Position numbers and translations under genes: made by a program
Origin: Carcharhinus longimanus
Lineage: Eukaryota
Reading direction: 5' to 3'
Assembly: GCA_030264375.1 (NCBI GenBank)
Contig: JASCQW010000098.1
Coordinates: forward strand, 52,096,901 to 52,160,900
DNA: 64,000 nucleotides
The notes under the pieces: generated by a model
The model's input: the letters and a program-made list of their open reading frames with translations, nothing else
Told to the model about the DNA's origin: nothing
The model's database searches: none
Part shown: one piece after another, positions 12,465 through 25,069 of the stretch
How the letters are laid out: the number at the start of each line of letters is the position of its first letter
Position numbering within the stretch: the first letter of the stretch is position 1

Positions 12465-14361
12465 ACAATGTGGTTAACTCTTAACTGCCCTCAGCCTAGC
12501 AAGCCACTCAAGGACAATTAAGGATGGACTACCAATGCTGACAGTAAGCAAAAATAACTTATACAGCAGATTGATTAGATGTATCAGGATTTTAAGGGGT
12601 ATTTCATTTGAGCATCTTATTTCATTTTTAACACCAAAACAAGCCCAGAAAGTAACTCTAAAGATTATTTGATGAAATTCTGGCATAGTGTTTTAACAGG
12701 AGTGACTAGCAAGGATTTTGGGCAGGCACCCAAAGTCCTGATGTGTGTTTATGGCAGTTTAATATCATTCCTCAGATGCTTGCATTCAGAAATGATTCCA
12801 TCTTGGATGTTGGTACAGCTATTACTAACATACATCTGAGCAGCAGATCACAACAAATCTAAAATAACATGCTGGATCGACCAGTAACCATCTGATTAAA
12901 CATGTTGGCACTGTAAATAATGCCAGGTTTATCAATCCATTTGAATGATCTAAAAAAGAGCAGAGATCCCAACAGATCTTTTCCATGGACGGTCTCTGCA
13001 GATCCTTCTAGAAACAATGAAATGCAATTTTCAGTAGTCTTGGAACAACAATTACTAAACATGGGGACCAGCAGGTGTTTCAAGTAAGAGGCAAATGACT
13101 TGACCACTTACACTTGGAGGGATGTGTGGAAAAAAGTGTCTAATTTTAAGGAAAAATATCAAACTATATAATAAATGCTACAAGGCATACATTGGTGTCA
13201 TAGTTACTGTAATCCAGAGTGGAGAGTCAATTAGCTCAGTTGGCTGGAAGGCTGGTTTGTGATGCAAAGTGCCACCAACAGTTGGGGGTTCAATTTCCCA
13301 TATTGGTTGAGATTGTTCATGAAGGCCCCACCTTCTCAACCTTGCTCCCTGTCTGAGGTGTGCTGAACCTCAGGTTAAAATCGCCACCAGTAAGCGGTCT
13401 CCCTTAAAGGCATGACTTTACCCTACTATAATCCAGAAACCTTCATCAGAGTTCAAAACCCGCCATGCAATTTGAGACAGTAAAATGTTCATGTTGCTGT
13501 TGGATTATTGGCAAACCCCAAGTGCCTTTTACGTGAGGAGACAGGCTGTTAAGATTATTCCATCCTGCATTTAACACATCAGCATGGTTCATTCCAGTGC
13601 CCCAGCAAATCATTCAGTTGTATCAAATTTCTACAAAGGTTTGCAGCGGTTCATGAAGCAGACCAATTTGAGATGTGCCACGAGTATCAAATATTCCTAG
13701 AAAATGCTATCCACCAAGTTGAAGAAACTTGCTCAAAATGTACATGAAAGAGATGTAAAATGTTATTGGAAAAATGTCACAAAGGGCTACTTCTAAGAGC
13801 TGAAGGAAAATGATTTTAGTCAAAGAAAGAACCGGCTAAATGAAACTTTGCCTTTGTTGGTGAGCAAGGTATTTCACATTAACTTCCACTAGACCTTATA
13901 ATTCTATCAGACCTTTCCTTCTCTACAAAAGAATCTCAAACAATGTGTACTGTTCTTTTCTTTGCAGAAAAAGATGACTTTCAATAAATGTAACCATGCA
14001 GCGATTGGTGATGGCACTCGATAGATAACCCCTATTTTTGTGACAAAGAGCCCATGGAAATTATAGGTTGGAATCTGATATTAGACACAGAGTATGCTGA
14101 AGTTTAAAGCGACAAAACATTCCTGGTTCGCACATTTATACGTTCGCTGTGCAAAATTTTTTTTAATCAGGCTGAAGGCATTTTTTGTGTTGCTCCATGG
14201 AACATCGTAGATAATGACACTGCTCAACAAATCTGTACCAAACAATTCCAATGTGCTTATCCCTGTGCTATATTTCTTTACAAAGAGGCCACAAATCCAG
14301 GAGGAAGAAATAGGTCCAGCAGGACTATCATGTGCACTTCATCACTCTGCATTATTCTCAG

Positions 14362-14404
14362 GTGATGCTATGTGTTCTTGTTGTCTTTTGGCTCCTGGAT
14401 GTTG
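14362..14404 (+). CDS. Candidate signal-peptide exon (MLCVLVVFWLLDV-G), phase 1
   Basis: Acceptor attattctcag|GTG, ATG at 14365, 13 mostly hydrophobic codons, donor G|GTAAAA. Joins in frame to 18135 to give an 89-aa protein. Confidence 0.45.
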
Positions 14405-15483
14405 GTAAAATCACACTTTTAGTAAAAGTGAGATCTGTTAATGTTTAATATTTGCCATGTTGCCTTGTATAAAAGAAGATCCAGTTTGAATTGGTTCTGT
14501 TATACATCACATGACTCTCCAGTGCAGCTGTGAAAAGTGGCCCTTGGAACACTTATGCTTAACAATTAGTTCCTAGCTCTTTACAGACACTTACTGATAA
14601 TACAATAAGTAACATCTCTCAGTCTTCAGAACACAATGTAGTTGTTCCAGTTACTAACTTCTGTAAACAAAAAAAAATTAACTTTTGGAAATTAACTGAA
14701 TGCCAACTTATAATCTTTTATAGCAGGTATTTTTTCGAAAAATATTATTCATGGTATTGCTTAGGTGGTAAGTTGATGGACAGAATTCTCAACCTTGTCC
14801 GTGGCTGGGATTTTCCAGTCCAGCTGCAGTGAAAGAAGATTTGGCTGAGGGTCAAATTGTCCATTCTCACTGACAATAGCAGCGTGCATAAGTTACCAGA
14901 GAATTCCAGCCAATGTTCTTCCAGCTTGCAACTCTGGCATTCATTGCTCTTAGTGGTAAGTTGGCATGCTGCACAGGCAATATTGTGCATGTTGTCCCTT
15001 GTGTTGCAGGAGTCACATGTGCTGTTGCTTAGATTGTGTCATTTACTGTCCATACTGTTAATGTTGTGTCCTTGGTCACTGATGTTTCTGATGTTGCTGA
15101 TGGTCCATTCTGTTTATTTCAGCTCAGTGTAGGTCAAATATGGACTCTGTTTCTTCTCACTTGTTTATAGTTTCAGTCTCAATTATGTATGAGCTTGGTG
15201 TGTCGGCTGCAGCAACAACTCTTGCTGGCTCCAGGTTTTCATGGATTCTTACATGCAGACTTTGTCCTTTCAAATGTTCAGTTTGAGATTAACCATGTTT
15301 GTTGAAGTGCTGATCACCGTTTTCTTGTGTTTCAATGAGTTGTGTTACGAAGTGGAGGGTAATCTCTCTGAGAACTAACACTCAACCACTCAAAGTACCT
15401 CCTTTTCATAATCATTCAAAGAGCATGTGAGAAATGGTACAATATGCCTACAGCAATACTTAGTGGTTAAATCAAGAACAATT

Positions 15484-16170
15484 ATAAGAACATAAGAACA
15501 TAAGAAATAGGAGCAGGAGTAGGCCATCTGGCCCTTCGAGCCTGCCCCGCCATTNNNNNNNNNNNNNNNNNNNNNNNNNNNNNNNNNNNNNNNNNNNNNN
15601 NNNNNNNNNNNNNNNNNNNNNNNNNNNNNNNNNNNNNNNNNNNNNNNNNNNNNNCCAGAACCAAGTCCAGTATAGCCCCCTCTCTGGTCGGGCTATCCAC
15701 ATACTGCTCCAGGGATCCTTCCATTACACACCGTACAAATTCCTCCCCGTCAGCACCCTCTGATCTCGGCACCTTTTCTCTGGAGTTTAGGTGACTTGAT
15801 TGAAGTAAATAAGATATAGAATGGTCTTGATGAGGTGGATGTGGAGAGGATGCTTCCTCTTATGGATGAGCTCAGAACTCAGAGCACGGTTTTAAAATTA
15901 GGAGTCACCCATTTTGGACAGAAGTGAGGAGAATTGTTTTCACTCAGAAGGTTGTGCGACTTGGGAACTCTGCCTCAGAAGGTGGTAGAGGCAGGGTCAC
16001 TGAATATTCTTAAGGCAGAAGTAGATAGCTTTGTGTTAGGGAAGGGAGTCAAAGGCTAAGGGAGGGTGGATAGAAACATTAAATTTGAAACACAAACAGA
16101 TCAGCCATGGTCCTATTAAAGGCAGAGCAGGCTCCAGACACCGAATGACCTACTTCTGCTCCTAATTTTT
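15484..16170. mobile_element. CR1 fragments (minus 15484-15770 across a gap, plus 15773-16170)
   Basis: Minus ORF contains LEQYVDSPTREGAILDLVL (CR1 APE); CR1 tails at both ends. Confidence 0.8.
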
Positions 16171-16237
16171 TTTGAATTCCTGGTTGTGCTTCTCAGGCCA
16201 CCCATGGATCACTTGTTGAGAGAAGATCTATAACTTG

Positions 16238-16537
16238 GCATGGTGGCACAGTGGTTAGCACTGCTGTCTCACACAGTGTCAGAGACCTGGGTTCAATTCT
16301 TGGTTTGGGTCACTGTCTGTGTGAAGTCTGCATGTTCTGCCCATGTCTGCGTGGGTTTCTTCTGGGTGGTCTGATTTCCTCCCAAAGTCTGAAAGATGTG
16401 CTGGTTAGGTGCATTGGCCATGCTAAATTCTCCCTCAGTGTACACAACAGGCGCCTGAGTGTGACGACTAGGGGATTTTCACAGTAACGTCATGCAGTGT
16501 TCGTGTAAGCCTACTTGTGATTTAATAAATAAATAAA
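16238..16537 (+). mobile_element. tRNA-derived V-SINE-like element
   Basis: Same head, core and tail; ends in (aata)n. Confidence 0.85.
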
Positions 16538-17711
16538 TACCTCATCGTTCCTGGCCTCATCTCTAATTTGACCCTGTTTCAATGGTGTTACATTCACTAG
16601 GTGATGGATTGTTTTACCTAAATTTTCCATGTTGTTTTTCTCATGTGGTGGTAACTGCGATAGGGTCTCTGTCAGCACCATTTCTCATCCTGGCTTGTAT
16701 TTCAGAGTGAAATTGAAATTGTGAGACCTCAGGCATTACCTCTATAGTCTTGTTGTTTTACACAGATTCCTCTTATAGATCTGCTCCAGTGGACAAAACT
16801 ACTTTCCACTATGAACTTTGTCCCAAAGAGATACGTGTGAAACTTCTCACATCCATGCACCACTATCAAAGCTCTCTTTCTATTTTGGCAAATCTGATCT
16901 CAGCTGAGGTTAGAGTTGCGGACATGAATGCTATTATTTTTCCCTCTTGGACCAGGGGCTGTTCCCAATCCTTTTGCAGAAGCATTCACTTGCAGAGTGA
17001 CAGTTTTCTTTCAGTTGTAGTATGATAGACTTGCAAATGCATTTAAATGGCCATTAGACCCATTTCGGATGTGGGCCCAATCGCGGCCATTTTTGGGCCT
17101 TGATAAAGGGGGAACTAGTCTGGAGGCGGGCTCGGATCACGCTACTTGCCTCATGCCTGACTTTACCAAGTTTTTGTGCCCGAAAATGGGCACAACCTGA
17201 TGGTAAAATCAGGCCCTATGTTTCTTTCTGTGTTTCTGTTAATATGTGTGGTTCTCATCATGTTTTGTTGAGAATATGTTCTCACAAACCTTGTACAAAT
17301 GGAAAAAGTCACTGCCAGAGCAGTAAGTATTAATAAAATAATTCCATTGGCTTTCCTTTCATTATTTGGCTACAAAATTTGGATGTGTCTATTTTTTTGG
17401 TGCCATTTTGACCCCAGGATGGTGTCTGTGATATTCAGGTGCTGGCTGTGCTGGGTGCCATTTTGTTGAGAATGTTAGCACATGGGCAGGGAGTGTCCAT
17501 TGGAGGTATGCGGAGAAGGCAGACTGTAACCTTAATTAACATGTAGCACTGATTTGACACCAACACTGCCATTTTAGAGTTCAGTGCTTCAGCTAACACC
17601 CTTCTAAATCTCATACAGCTGAATACACATTCAACAACAGGAAGGAGCTCTCTGGTATGTAATTATGCATCAAGCTAATAGCTTTAACTGGAGTTTATTA
17701 CAGAGATTTGC

Positions 17712-18006
17712 TTTATTTGATTTGATTTATTATTGTCACGAGTATTAATATACAGCAAAAGGTATTGTTTCTTGTGTGCTATACAGAAAAAGCATACCAT
17801 TCATAGAGAAGGAAAGGGGAGAGTGCAGATGTAGCATTACAGTCATAGCTAGAGCGTAGAAAAAGATCAACTGAATGCGAGGTAGGTCCATTTAGAAGTC
17901 TAATGGCAGCAGGGAAGAAGCTGTTCTTGAGTCGGTTGGTACGTGACCTCAGACTTTTGTATGTTTTTCCTGACGGAAGAAGGTGGAAGAGAGAATATCC
18001 AGAGTG
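17712..18006 (-). mobile_element. Non-LTR retrotransposon 3' end (Rex/Babar-like)
   Basis: H.GYSLFHLLPSGKTYKSLRSRTNRLKNSFFPAAIRLLN followed by an (aaatc)n-type tail. Confidence 0.7.
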
Positions 18007-18134
18007 CATACACATCCAAGGATAATACAGAATGGAATCTTCTGGACATAAGACAGATCACATTATCAAACTGACCTCAATTCACTTACCCTATTTTAAA
18101 TAATTTCATCATTTATGTTTTTTTTTATATCTAG

Positions 18135-18364
18135 GATACAACATTGAATCAACAACCTTTTCACCGGCTAAAGGATTAAGTTTCATTACTGAAGATACAA
18201 TGTCTCCTGCATTTGGGGCAACAATTATCATCATTGTTACTGTTTTAATATCAGGAAGTGCTTACCTGTATTTCTTGAAGTACATTTGCTCGGGGTGTTG
18301 TAGAAACACACAGGTTGTTCCTGCAGTGAGATTAGACCCAAGCAAATCGGAAGAGCAAGTATGA
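18135..18364 (+). CDS. Terminal coding exon of an unidentified small single-pass membrane protein
   Basis: Acceptor tttttttatatctag|GA. Open frame (G)YNIESTTFSPAKGLSFITEDTMSPAFGATIIIIVTVLISGSAYLYFLKYICSGCCRNTQVVPAVRLDPSKSEEQV*, with an S/T-rich stalk, a TM of about 23 aa, a Lys stop-transfer residue and a Cys cluster. AATAAA at 18649 and 18739, with a GT-rich tract at about 18826-18851. Confidence 0.6.
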
Positions 18365-18961
18365 ATATTTTATACACCAGAGAACAGCTAACTGTGACAT
18401 GGAACCTCATTATTACCTCTCCTCTGGAGCTGATTTGTAAGGAATGATTTGAAAGGTGTGACATTGAGAAGCATAGTTCTCATCGACACAAGTGTGACAG
18501 ATGAAAGATATAAATTATACAGACCAGTTGTGACCAATTCAGCTTTTAGGTTGCACTTGTAGTATGTCAAAGCATACTGACTTTCAGATTCAAGACGCCA
18601 ACTTGGGTTGTTCTATTTAGCAAGTGGAACAAAACATCTATATCAGAGAATAAAACAAAGACATGGACTAATCTAGATTCTAGATCAGCATGCTCTGTGG
18701 TCTTCCCAATAATACTGAGAAAACAAATGGCTTCTGTAAATAAAAAAATCGAGGTGGAAAAGTTAGATTAAAAAAATGAAAAAAATTACTTATGACCCAA
18801 AAAGTTACAGACTGTTTGAAACATATTGTTTGTGTTTTTGTGTTTTTTGTGAATCATGGATCTTTCAGCACAGAAGAGGGCCATTCTGCTTGCTGTGCCT
18901 GTATCACCTGCCAGATTAGGCTCACAGCCCAGCCTTTTCCTCATAACACTGAAAAATAGTA

Positions 18962-19205
18962 GGGCGGCACAGTGGTTAGTACTGCTGCCTTACAGCACCA
19001 GGGATCCAGGTTCAATTCTGGCTTGGGTCACTTTCTGTGTGGAGTTTGCACATTCTCCTCCATGTCTCTTCTGGTTTCCTCTCACAGTCTGAAAGATGTG
19101 CTGGTTAGATGCAATGACGCAAACAGGCACTGGATTGTGGCACTAGGGGAATTTTACAGTAACTTCTTTGCAGTGTTAATGTGACTCGTAAATAAGCCTT
19201 TAACT
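18962..19205 (+). mobile_element. tRNA-derived V-SINE-like element
   Basis: Same family with internal deletions. Confidence 0.8.
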
Positions 19206-19634
19206 TTAGTCTTCTTCATGCACTTGTCAAATTGCCTTTTGAAAAGTCCTACAGAATTTGCATGAACCACCCTTTTAGGTGGTTCATTACAGATCTTAAC
19301 AAAGTATGTGTGAAGAAATTTCTCCTCATTTACACTCAAGTAGTTTTGCCAATTATTTAAATTTCTGGAACACTTAGCAGTGGAATCAGTTTCTTCCAAT
19401 TGCCCTATCAAAAGGCTTGTAATTCTGAATGCCTCTCGTATGTCTTCCCTTAACCTTCTCCACAAAAGGGGAACCATCAGAGTTTCTGAGATCTCGCCAT
19501 ATAACCAATGGTCCTCATCCTTAATATCATTCTGGTAAACCTCCTCTGTACCCCCTCAAAGGCCTCGATACCCTCCCTAATGGGTTCTGCCCAAAATTGT
19601 ATATGATTCTCCAGCAGAGGCCTGACCAGATATT

Positions 19635-20678
19635 GGGGGTGATCTTACCAAAGAAATTCCAAGTCCAAGACGGGCGTCAAAACAGGAGAATTTCAGGTTT
19701 ATTTTCGGAGCAAGTTCAAATCTACTATTTGATGTACTCAGTGCATGAAAAATCAGCAGAAACAGTTTCTCGGCTGTCCAGGGGGCGGGACTTAAGTCAC
19801 CTGAATGCTGGCTGAAAGCAGCACAGTGTGCCATTGCGCATGTGCAGGTCTCCCGCAGCAAAGACTTGTTACTCAGCCTCTGCTACTCTCAGCTAGCCTC
19901 CATGTCTTAAAACAGCAACCCCTCCCCACGAGGGGATCGATCCTCCCTCCCGCAACACCCCCATGATCGGCCACTTGACAGCCCCCAGGACCGGCCGCTG
20001 GCCCCACGATGACCTGCCACCTGACCTTCACTCCAGTGATCGGCCACTGGACCTACTGTAGTCAGTTGCTTGACCCCCCTCATGATTTCCAGCCCAATCC
20101 CCTCCCACATGGCCAGCCCCAATTGTCCCCGTTCTTCCCCCCACCAATCCCTAATGCAGAGTATGTTGTGGGTCTCCCTTCCACTCATAGTTGCCCCCAC
20201 TTTGGCCCTACTGCAGAAAGCCATACCCCCTCTAGCCCCAATCCCTTGGCATTTGCTGGAGCCCAGTGAGTAGTGCCAGGGTGCCTGATGGGCAATGTCA
20301 GCCTGGCACCCTGGCACTGCCCACCATCTCCCCAGGGGGGCCTTAATGGTCTTAAGGTCTAGCAGCAAGGCCATCTGAATTGGTCCCCATTGCTGGGGGT
20401 CAGCTGTGATCCTTAGTGGAGTGAACCTCTCCCAGCAAACTCATACAGGCACATGAGCATGGATAATACTGTCCCGGATTTACTAAATCCATGTAAAATT
20501 GGATTTAAGTATATTTAAATAAATTATTTTGCCTCATGCTGGAAATGGGCATGAGGCTGATTGCGCCAGATATCTGATGCCAGTAAGATTGCGAGAGGTG
20601 AGAAATTGGGCATGAATTGCTTTCTTGGCTCTTATGCAATTGTATTGGCTCAGCGGGATGCAACAGCAAGATTGCCCC
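19635..20678. mobile_element. Non-autonomous GC-rich DNA transposon (PIF/Harbinger-like)
   Basis: Imperfect TIRs gggggtgatcttac / gcaagattgcccc. Internal segments recur at about 32290-33770 and 45332-45885. Confidence 0.55.
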
Positions 20679-20909
20679 TTTGAGTTGCTTGCTTTTGTAC
20701 CCAGTGCCTGACAAAGATTGATTCAAATGTGCTGTTACATATCTTTTGTGTATTGTAAGTTCTAACTCCTTACATACCAGAACAGTTTATATTAAGTTGA
20801 AAAGTTCAATAAAGGAAATGATAGTTTAATGGATGATACTTGACACAACAATAAAATATATATTCATTCACTGAGCTACCTCTCAATGTCTTTTACACAC
20901 AGGCACTTT

Positions 20910-21045
20910 CCTTCCCTGATGAAGGATCACCCAGATTTGAAGCATTGGCTCTATTCTCTCTCCACAGATGCTGTCAGACTTGTGGAGTTTCTCCTACATT
21001 TTCTGTTTTTGTTTCAGATTTCAGCATCCGCAGTATTTTGTCATT
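20910..21045 (+). mobile_element. Penelope-type terminal repeat fragment (family of the 42.6-kb element) with an eroded hammerhead core
   Basis: CTGATGA..GAAG followed by ctctctccacagatgctg..ttcagatttcagcatccgcag. A related minus-strand piece lies at about 53670-53740. Confidence 0.55.
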
Positions 21046-21699
21046 TCCCATCTCTTTGCGTGGTTATCCAATCTGCAGATTTACTGCATGCAATGAGAAA
21101 GAGAGCAGGGATGAAGGATTCGTTTTTTGATTGGCAGAGGTAACAAAATCCCCAGTGATATGTACATGGGTCTCAGCTTTGATGGAGCAGTGTGAGATTA
21201 TTTCTGTTACATCTGAGAAAAATAAAACAGAATTTTTTCTTAATGGTAAAAGACTAGAAGTGGGGAAGGAACAATTGATGTGCGGGTGCAGAAACCACTA
21301 AAAACCAATGCATAATGCAAAGATCAATTGAAAAGACTACCTTGTACATATTTGAGTAATGCATCCCAGAAAAGATAAATTAGCCTTGTAGAGGGCAAAA
21401 TGCTGATTTTGCCAGATTGATTCTAAGGCTTAAAGGGTTAAATTATGAGATTGTATAAATTTAAGTTAGAGTCTCTTGAGTTTAGAACATAATTTAAATG
21501 AATAAAGGGACCATGAGCTCTTTTTGCTCTCTGAGATAAATGTCATTTTTCTTTTTCTCCATGTTTTTTTCTTATTCTCCCTTCTCTTTGCTCCATTTGT
21601 TTCGAGATTTTCATTTTTACACTGATAAGCATTGCGGTGCCTTCACTAGTCTAACGAATGTCTTTCTCCTCCCATTTGGGGCAAATAAGACGTTCTCAT

Positions 21700-22400
21700 T
21701 CTGCTGTTGGTCCTCTGGATACTGTTGAACAGGATTCAAACTTTGAAATAGTTTGGAATCACCCACTTTGGTGTCATCTCCCATTTCTGATGAGTGCAAC
21801 CTTTCTGATCTCTGATTTTCACTCAGTTGCTATCAAAATTCTTCAGTTTCTTCTCTCTGTGCCTTGTCTCATCTGGCAAAGTAAGCTTTCTCCATTATTT
21901 CTTCAAATCTTGGTTGATCACTGATCCAAATCTGCTCTCTCTGTTGAAAATCTGATAATGTTCTTGCTCTGGGATGACTATCATTGTGTTTCATCTGTTT
22001 ATTTTGCAAAGTCTCCTCTTCTTTGTTGATGGGAACTTCTAGTACTGCCTGCCAGCAGGATATACTGGTGCTGCCAAAATCAATGGACATCTGGCTGAAT
22101 TATCCTGGGCTGGAAAATCCTGGCCTGTCTCTTTGACCCCTGGCATATATAGCATTGTCAGACATTCATAGCATCAACCCAACTGGTCAGGATCCAAACA
22201 TCTCCAGTCATAAGCACCTGAAATTGAAAAGATATGGAAGGAGTTGGGAAGTTGCTTTCGTCGTCTCCCAACCCAATAGTGCCCATAATAGCTGGCTGTA
22301 TTCCACGATGGAGCAGGTAGTATCATACTGAGATTCATGGAGAATTGAAAGGAGTAACCTCATTTTCTTGCTGATTCATTTACTCACAGTCTTCAATCTG
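21700..22400 (-). mobile_element. Gypsy-like LTR retrotransposon integrase remnant
   Basis: KQMKHNDSHPRARTLSDFQQREQIWISD...GTERRN resembles the Gypsy integrase C-terminal pattern (KQK.YYD..RAR.L..L.PG..VW..D...RRNR). A C-x2-C remnant lies near 22150. Confidence 0.5.
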
Positions 22401-22619
22401 CTTGCCCACCCACCACCAGTGGAAACATCTCTTTACTGAGTCTATCAAAATTCCTCATAATCATGGAAACCTCTAGTGCATCTACCCATCTCTGCTCTAA
22501 GGAGAACAATGTCATTTTCTGTATTAGTCTCTTCACATAACTAAAGACCCTCATCCCTAATATCATCCTAGTAAATCTCCTCTACATTCTCCCTGAAGTC
22601 TGTGCTCTTAATTAAAAAT

Positions 22620-23466
22620 GTAGAAACATAGAAAATAAGTGCAGGAGTAGACCATTCAGCCCTTCGAGCCTACACCATCATTCAATATGATCATGCACTC
22701 TCAGTATCCCACTCTCACTTTCTCTTCATCCCCCTTGATCCCTTTGAGCCACATTCAGCTTTCTCTTGAACATATCTAATGGATTTGCCCCAATGGTTTT
22801 CTGTGGTAAAGAATTCTACGTGTTCACAATTCTCTGAGTGAAGAAGTTTTTCCTCATTTCAGTCCTGTATGGCTTACCCCTTATTCTTAGGCTGTGACCC
22901 CTACTTCTGGACTTCTCCAACATTGGGAACATTCTTCCCACATCTAGCCTGTCCAGTCCCATCAGGGTTTTATATGCTTCTATTACATTCTTCTAAGTGA
23001 GTACAAGCCCAGTTGATCCAGTGTCTCTTCATATGTCAGCCCTGCCATTCCAGGAATCAATGTGGTAAACCTTCGCTGGACTCCTTCAATAGCAAGAATG
23101 TCCTTCCTCAAACTAGCTGACCAAAACTGCACACAATACCCAAGGTGTGCCCTCACCAAGGCCTTACATAAGCCTCAAGATAAGGGGGGGGGCAGTTTAG
23201 AACGGAGTTGAGGAGGAACTTCTTCATTCAAAGGGTGGTGAATCTCTGGAATTCTCTGCCCGTTGAAGTGGTGGAGGCTACCTCGCTAAATATATTTAAG
23301 ACACGGGTAGATAGGTTTTTGGCAGACAAGGGAATTAAGGGTTATGGGGAGAAAGCGGGAAAGTGGAACTGAGCCACTTCAGACCAGCCACGATCTTATT
23401 GAATGGCGGGGCAGGCTCGAAGGGCTAGATGGCCTACTCCTGCTCCTACCTCTTATGTTCCTATGT
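22620..23466. mobile_element. Two CR1 3' ends joined back to back (minus 22620-23170, plus 23172-23466)
   Basis: Both end in the CR1 tail (ggcctactcctgctcc..ttctatgt). The plus copy is nearly identical to the tails at 1-60 and 15484-15554. Confidence 0.8.
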
Positions 23467-25069
23467 AACCATTCCCGATCTGACGACAACTGGATAGATA
23501 AGAATGGAGCTAGGCGAGTGCAGCCCCACCTAATCCCAATGACAAGGGAAAGACACTGGAGGAGATTGCAGACAGGTTGAGAAGAATGAGGAGAGATACT
23601 TTAACATGGTCAGTCACATTAGATGTAATCTGTAACTTGATTAAGAGACATTTTTATACTATAGAAAGATTCAACCATAAAGGTCTGGAAGTGACAGGCA
23701 CTGGTTTAGGAGGTGATAGCACGTTCAATAGTTTTGTGAGGAAAGAGGAGTTTGAGGTGGGGCAGTGGTTTGTACTGAGGGTTCAAGGATTTTTTTTAAA
23801 GAAGGCTGATGACAACAGATTTGAAAAGGTGGGGCTGCCCTGAGGAGGGAGAGTACTTGAATGTCAGGAGTCTAGTGGGAATCAGATCAAGGATGCAGGA
23901 GCTGGCTTGCATGGACAAAATGAGGTTGGAGTGGACAGGAGGGGAGATAGATTGAAAAGGAGAAAACTTAGAGATAGGGTGGGAGGAGCACCTTAGAGAA
24001 TTTTTTTCCTGGTTGGCTAAGCGGAAGGAAGGGAAGCTGATGGTATAGTGCCTTAGAATGTTGCAAGAAGCCTAAGTGACACTGATGTATTGCTATGCAA
24101 CCCAAAAAGAACCTTGTATGAGTTGTTGCTATGGCACCTCATGAATCAGGAGACATACATACAGCGACATTGTTGCCTGGGAGAGTTACTAATATCAGTA
24201 TTTAGAAAATATTCAATGACATTTATTCCCAGGAGGAGTGACAGATGTAAATTACAACACAGCATTAGATAGAATGGAATATATTGATTTTTAAAAATCA
24301 TGCCATCAAAGTACACCATAGTTGTAAATTAATTTGAGTTATTATCACTCCTAATAAATTAGGTTGCCTGATCGCAAGTGATCCTACACATTCAGGGAAT
24401 ATTACTCAAATGTTCGGCTCTCATTTTTATTGTTTCAATTATCCTCCTCTTTTAAGATGCTCTTCATCAGGAGGACTGAACAAATTTTAAAATTTTAACT
24501 AAATAACATATGTATCTATAGATGTTCTATTAGGCACCAATATTGAATATTGATTAAGCCATTAGTTAATTATAACAGCAAGATAGAATTTACAAGCAAA
24601 GATTGATATATTTAATGCTGCTGTAGATACCATTGCTTAAAGCCTTAAAAAGATTATTCCTCTTTCTAACAATTTTGGGTTACATTAACTTCAAAGTAAT
24701 GTGAAAGAAACATTTTACAAAACTTATTTAACCCAAGTTTTTTATGGGACAATTTCAGTTCTGCAAATCCATGGACAGAATCTTTACTGACCCAACCTGT
24801 AGCAAGTAGTCAAGAGAGTTGGGTGGTGAGGGGCAGACACAATTCAGGATTCCTCCATGGTCCATGTTTCTGTCATTAGTGATTGCTTCCCCACTTGAAG
24901 GCCTAGCATGTTTGATAGATGGGCCTTCAGTCCAGGGTGGGAGGGTGCCATCCCTTCCAGTCAGCAGGGAAGCCTACACTGGCAACAGGGAGTGCATTAG
25001 TGGTTGGAAAGGATGCAGCTAGACATGCAGGGCATCAAGCTAACAGCGGGGATCAATCATTCCCCTGCC

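Noticed and set aside
13968-14066. Strong acceptor (ttcttttctttgcag) with a possible donor
   Set aside because: Stops occur in all three frames, so it is at most a non-coding exon, with no further support.
14857-15330. Very hydrophobic 91-aa ORF as an extra TM exon
   Set aside because: It has a TTG start and no matching splice phases. The opposite strand has weak GIY-YIG-like remnants, suggesting decayed TE antisense sequence.
16766-16908. Possible internal exon of the unknown gene (cag|AT TCC TCT...GAG|gttaga)
   Set aside because: It enters in phase 1 but exits in phase 0, which is incompatible with the 18135 exon. The donor is weak.
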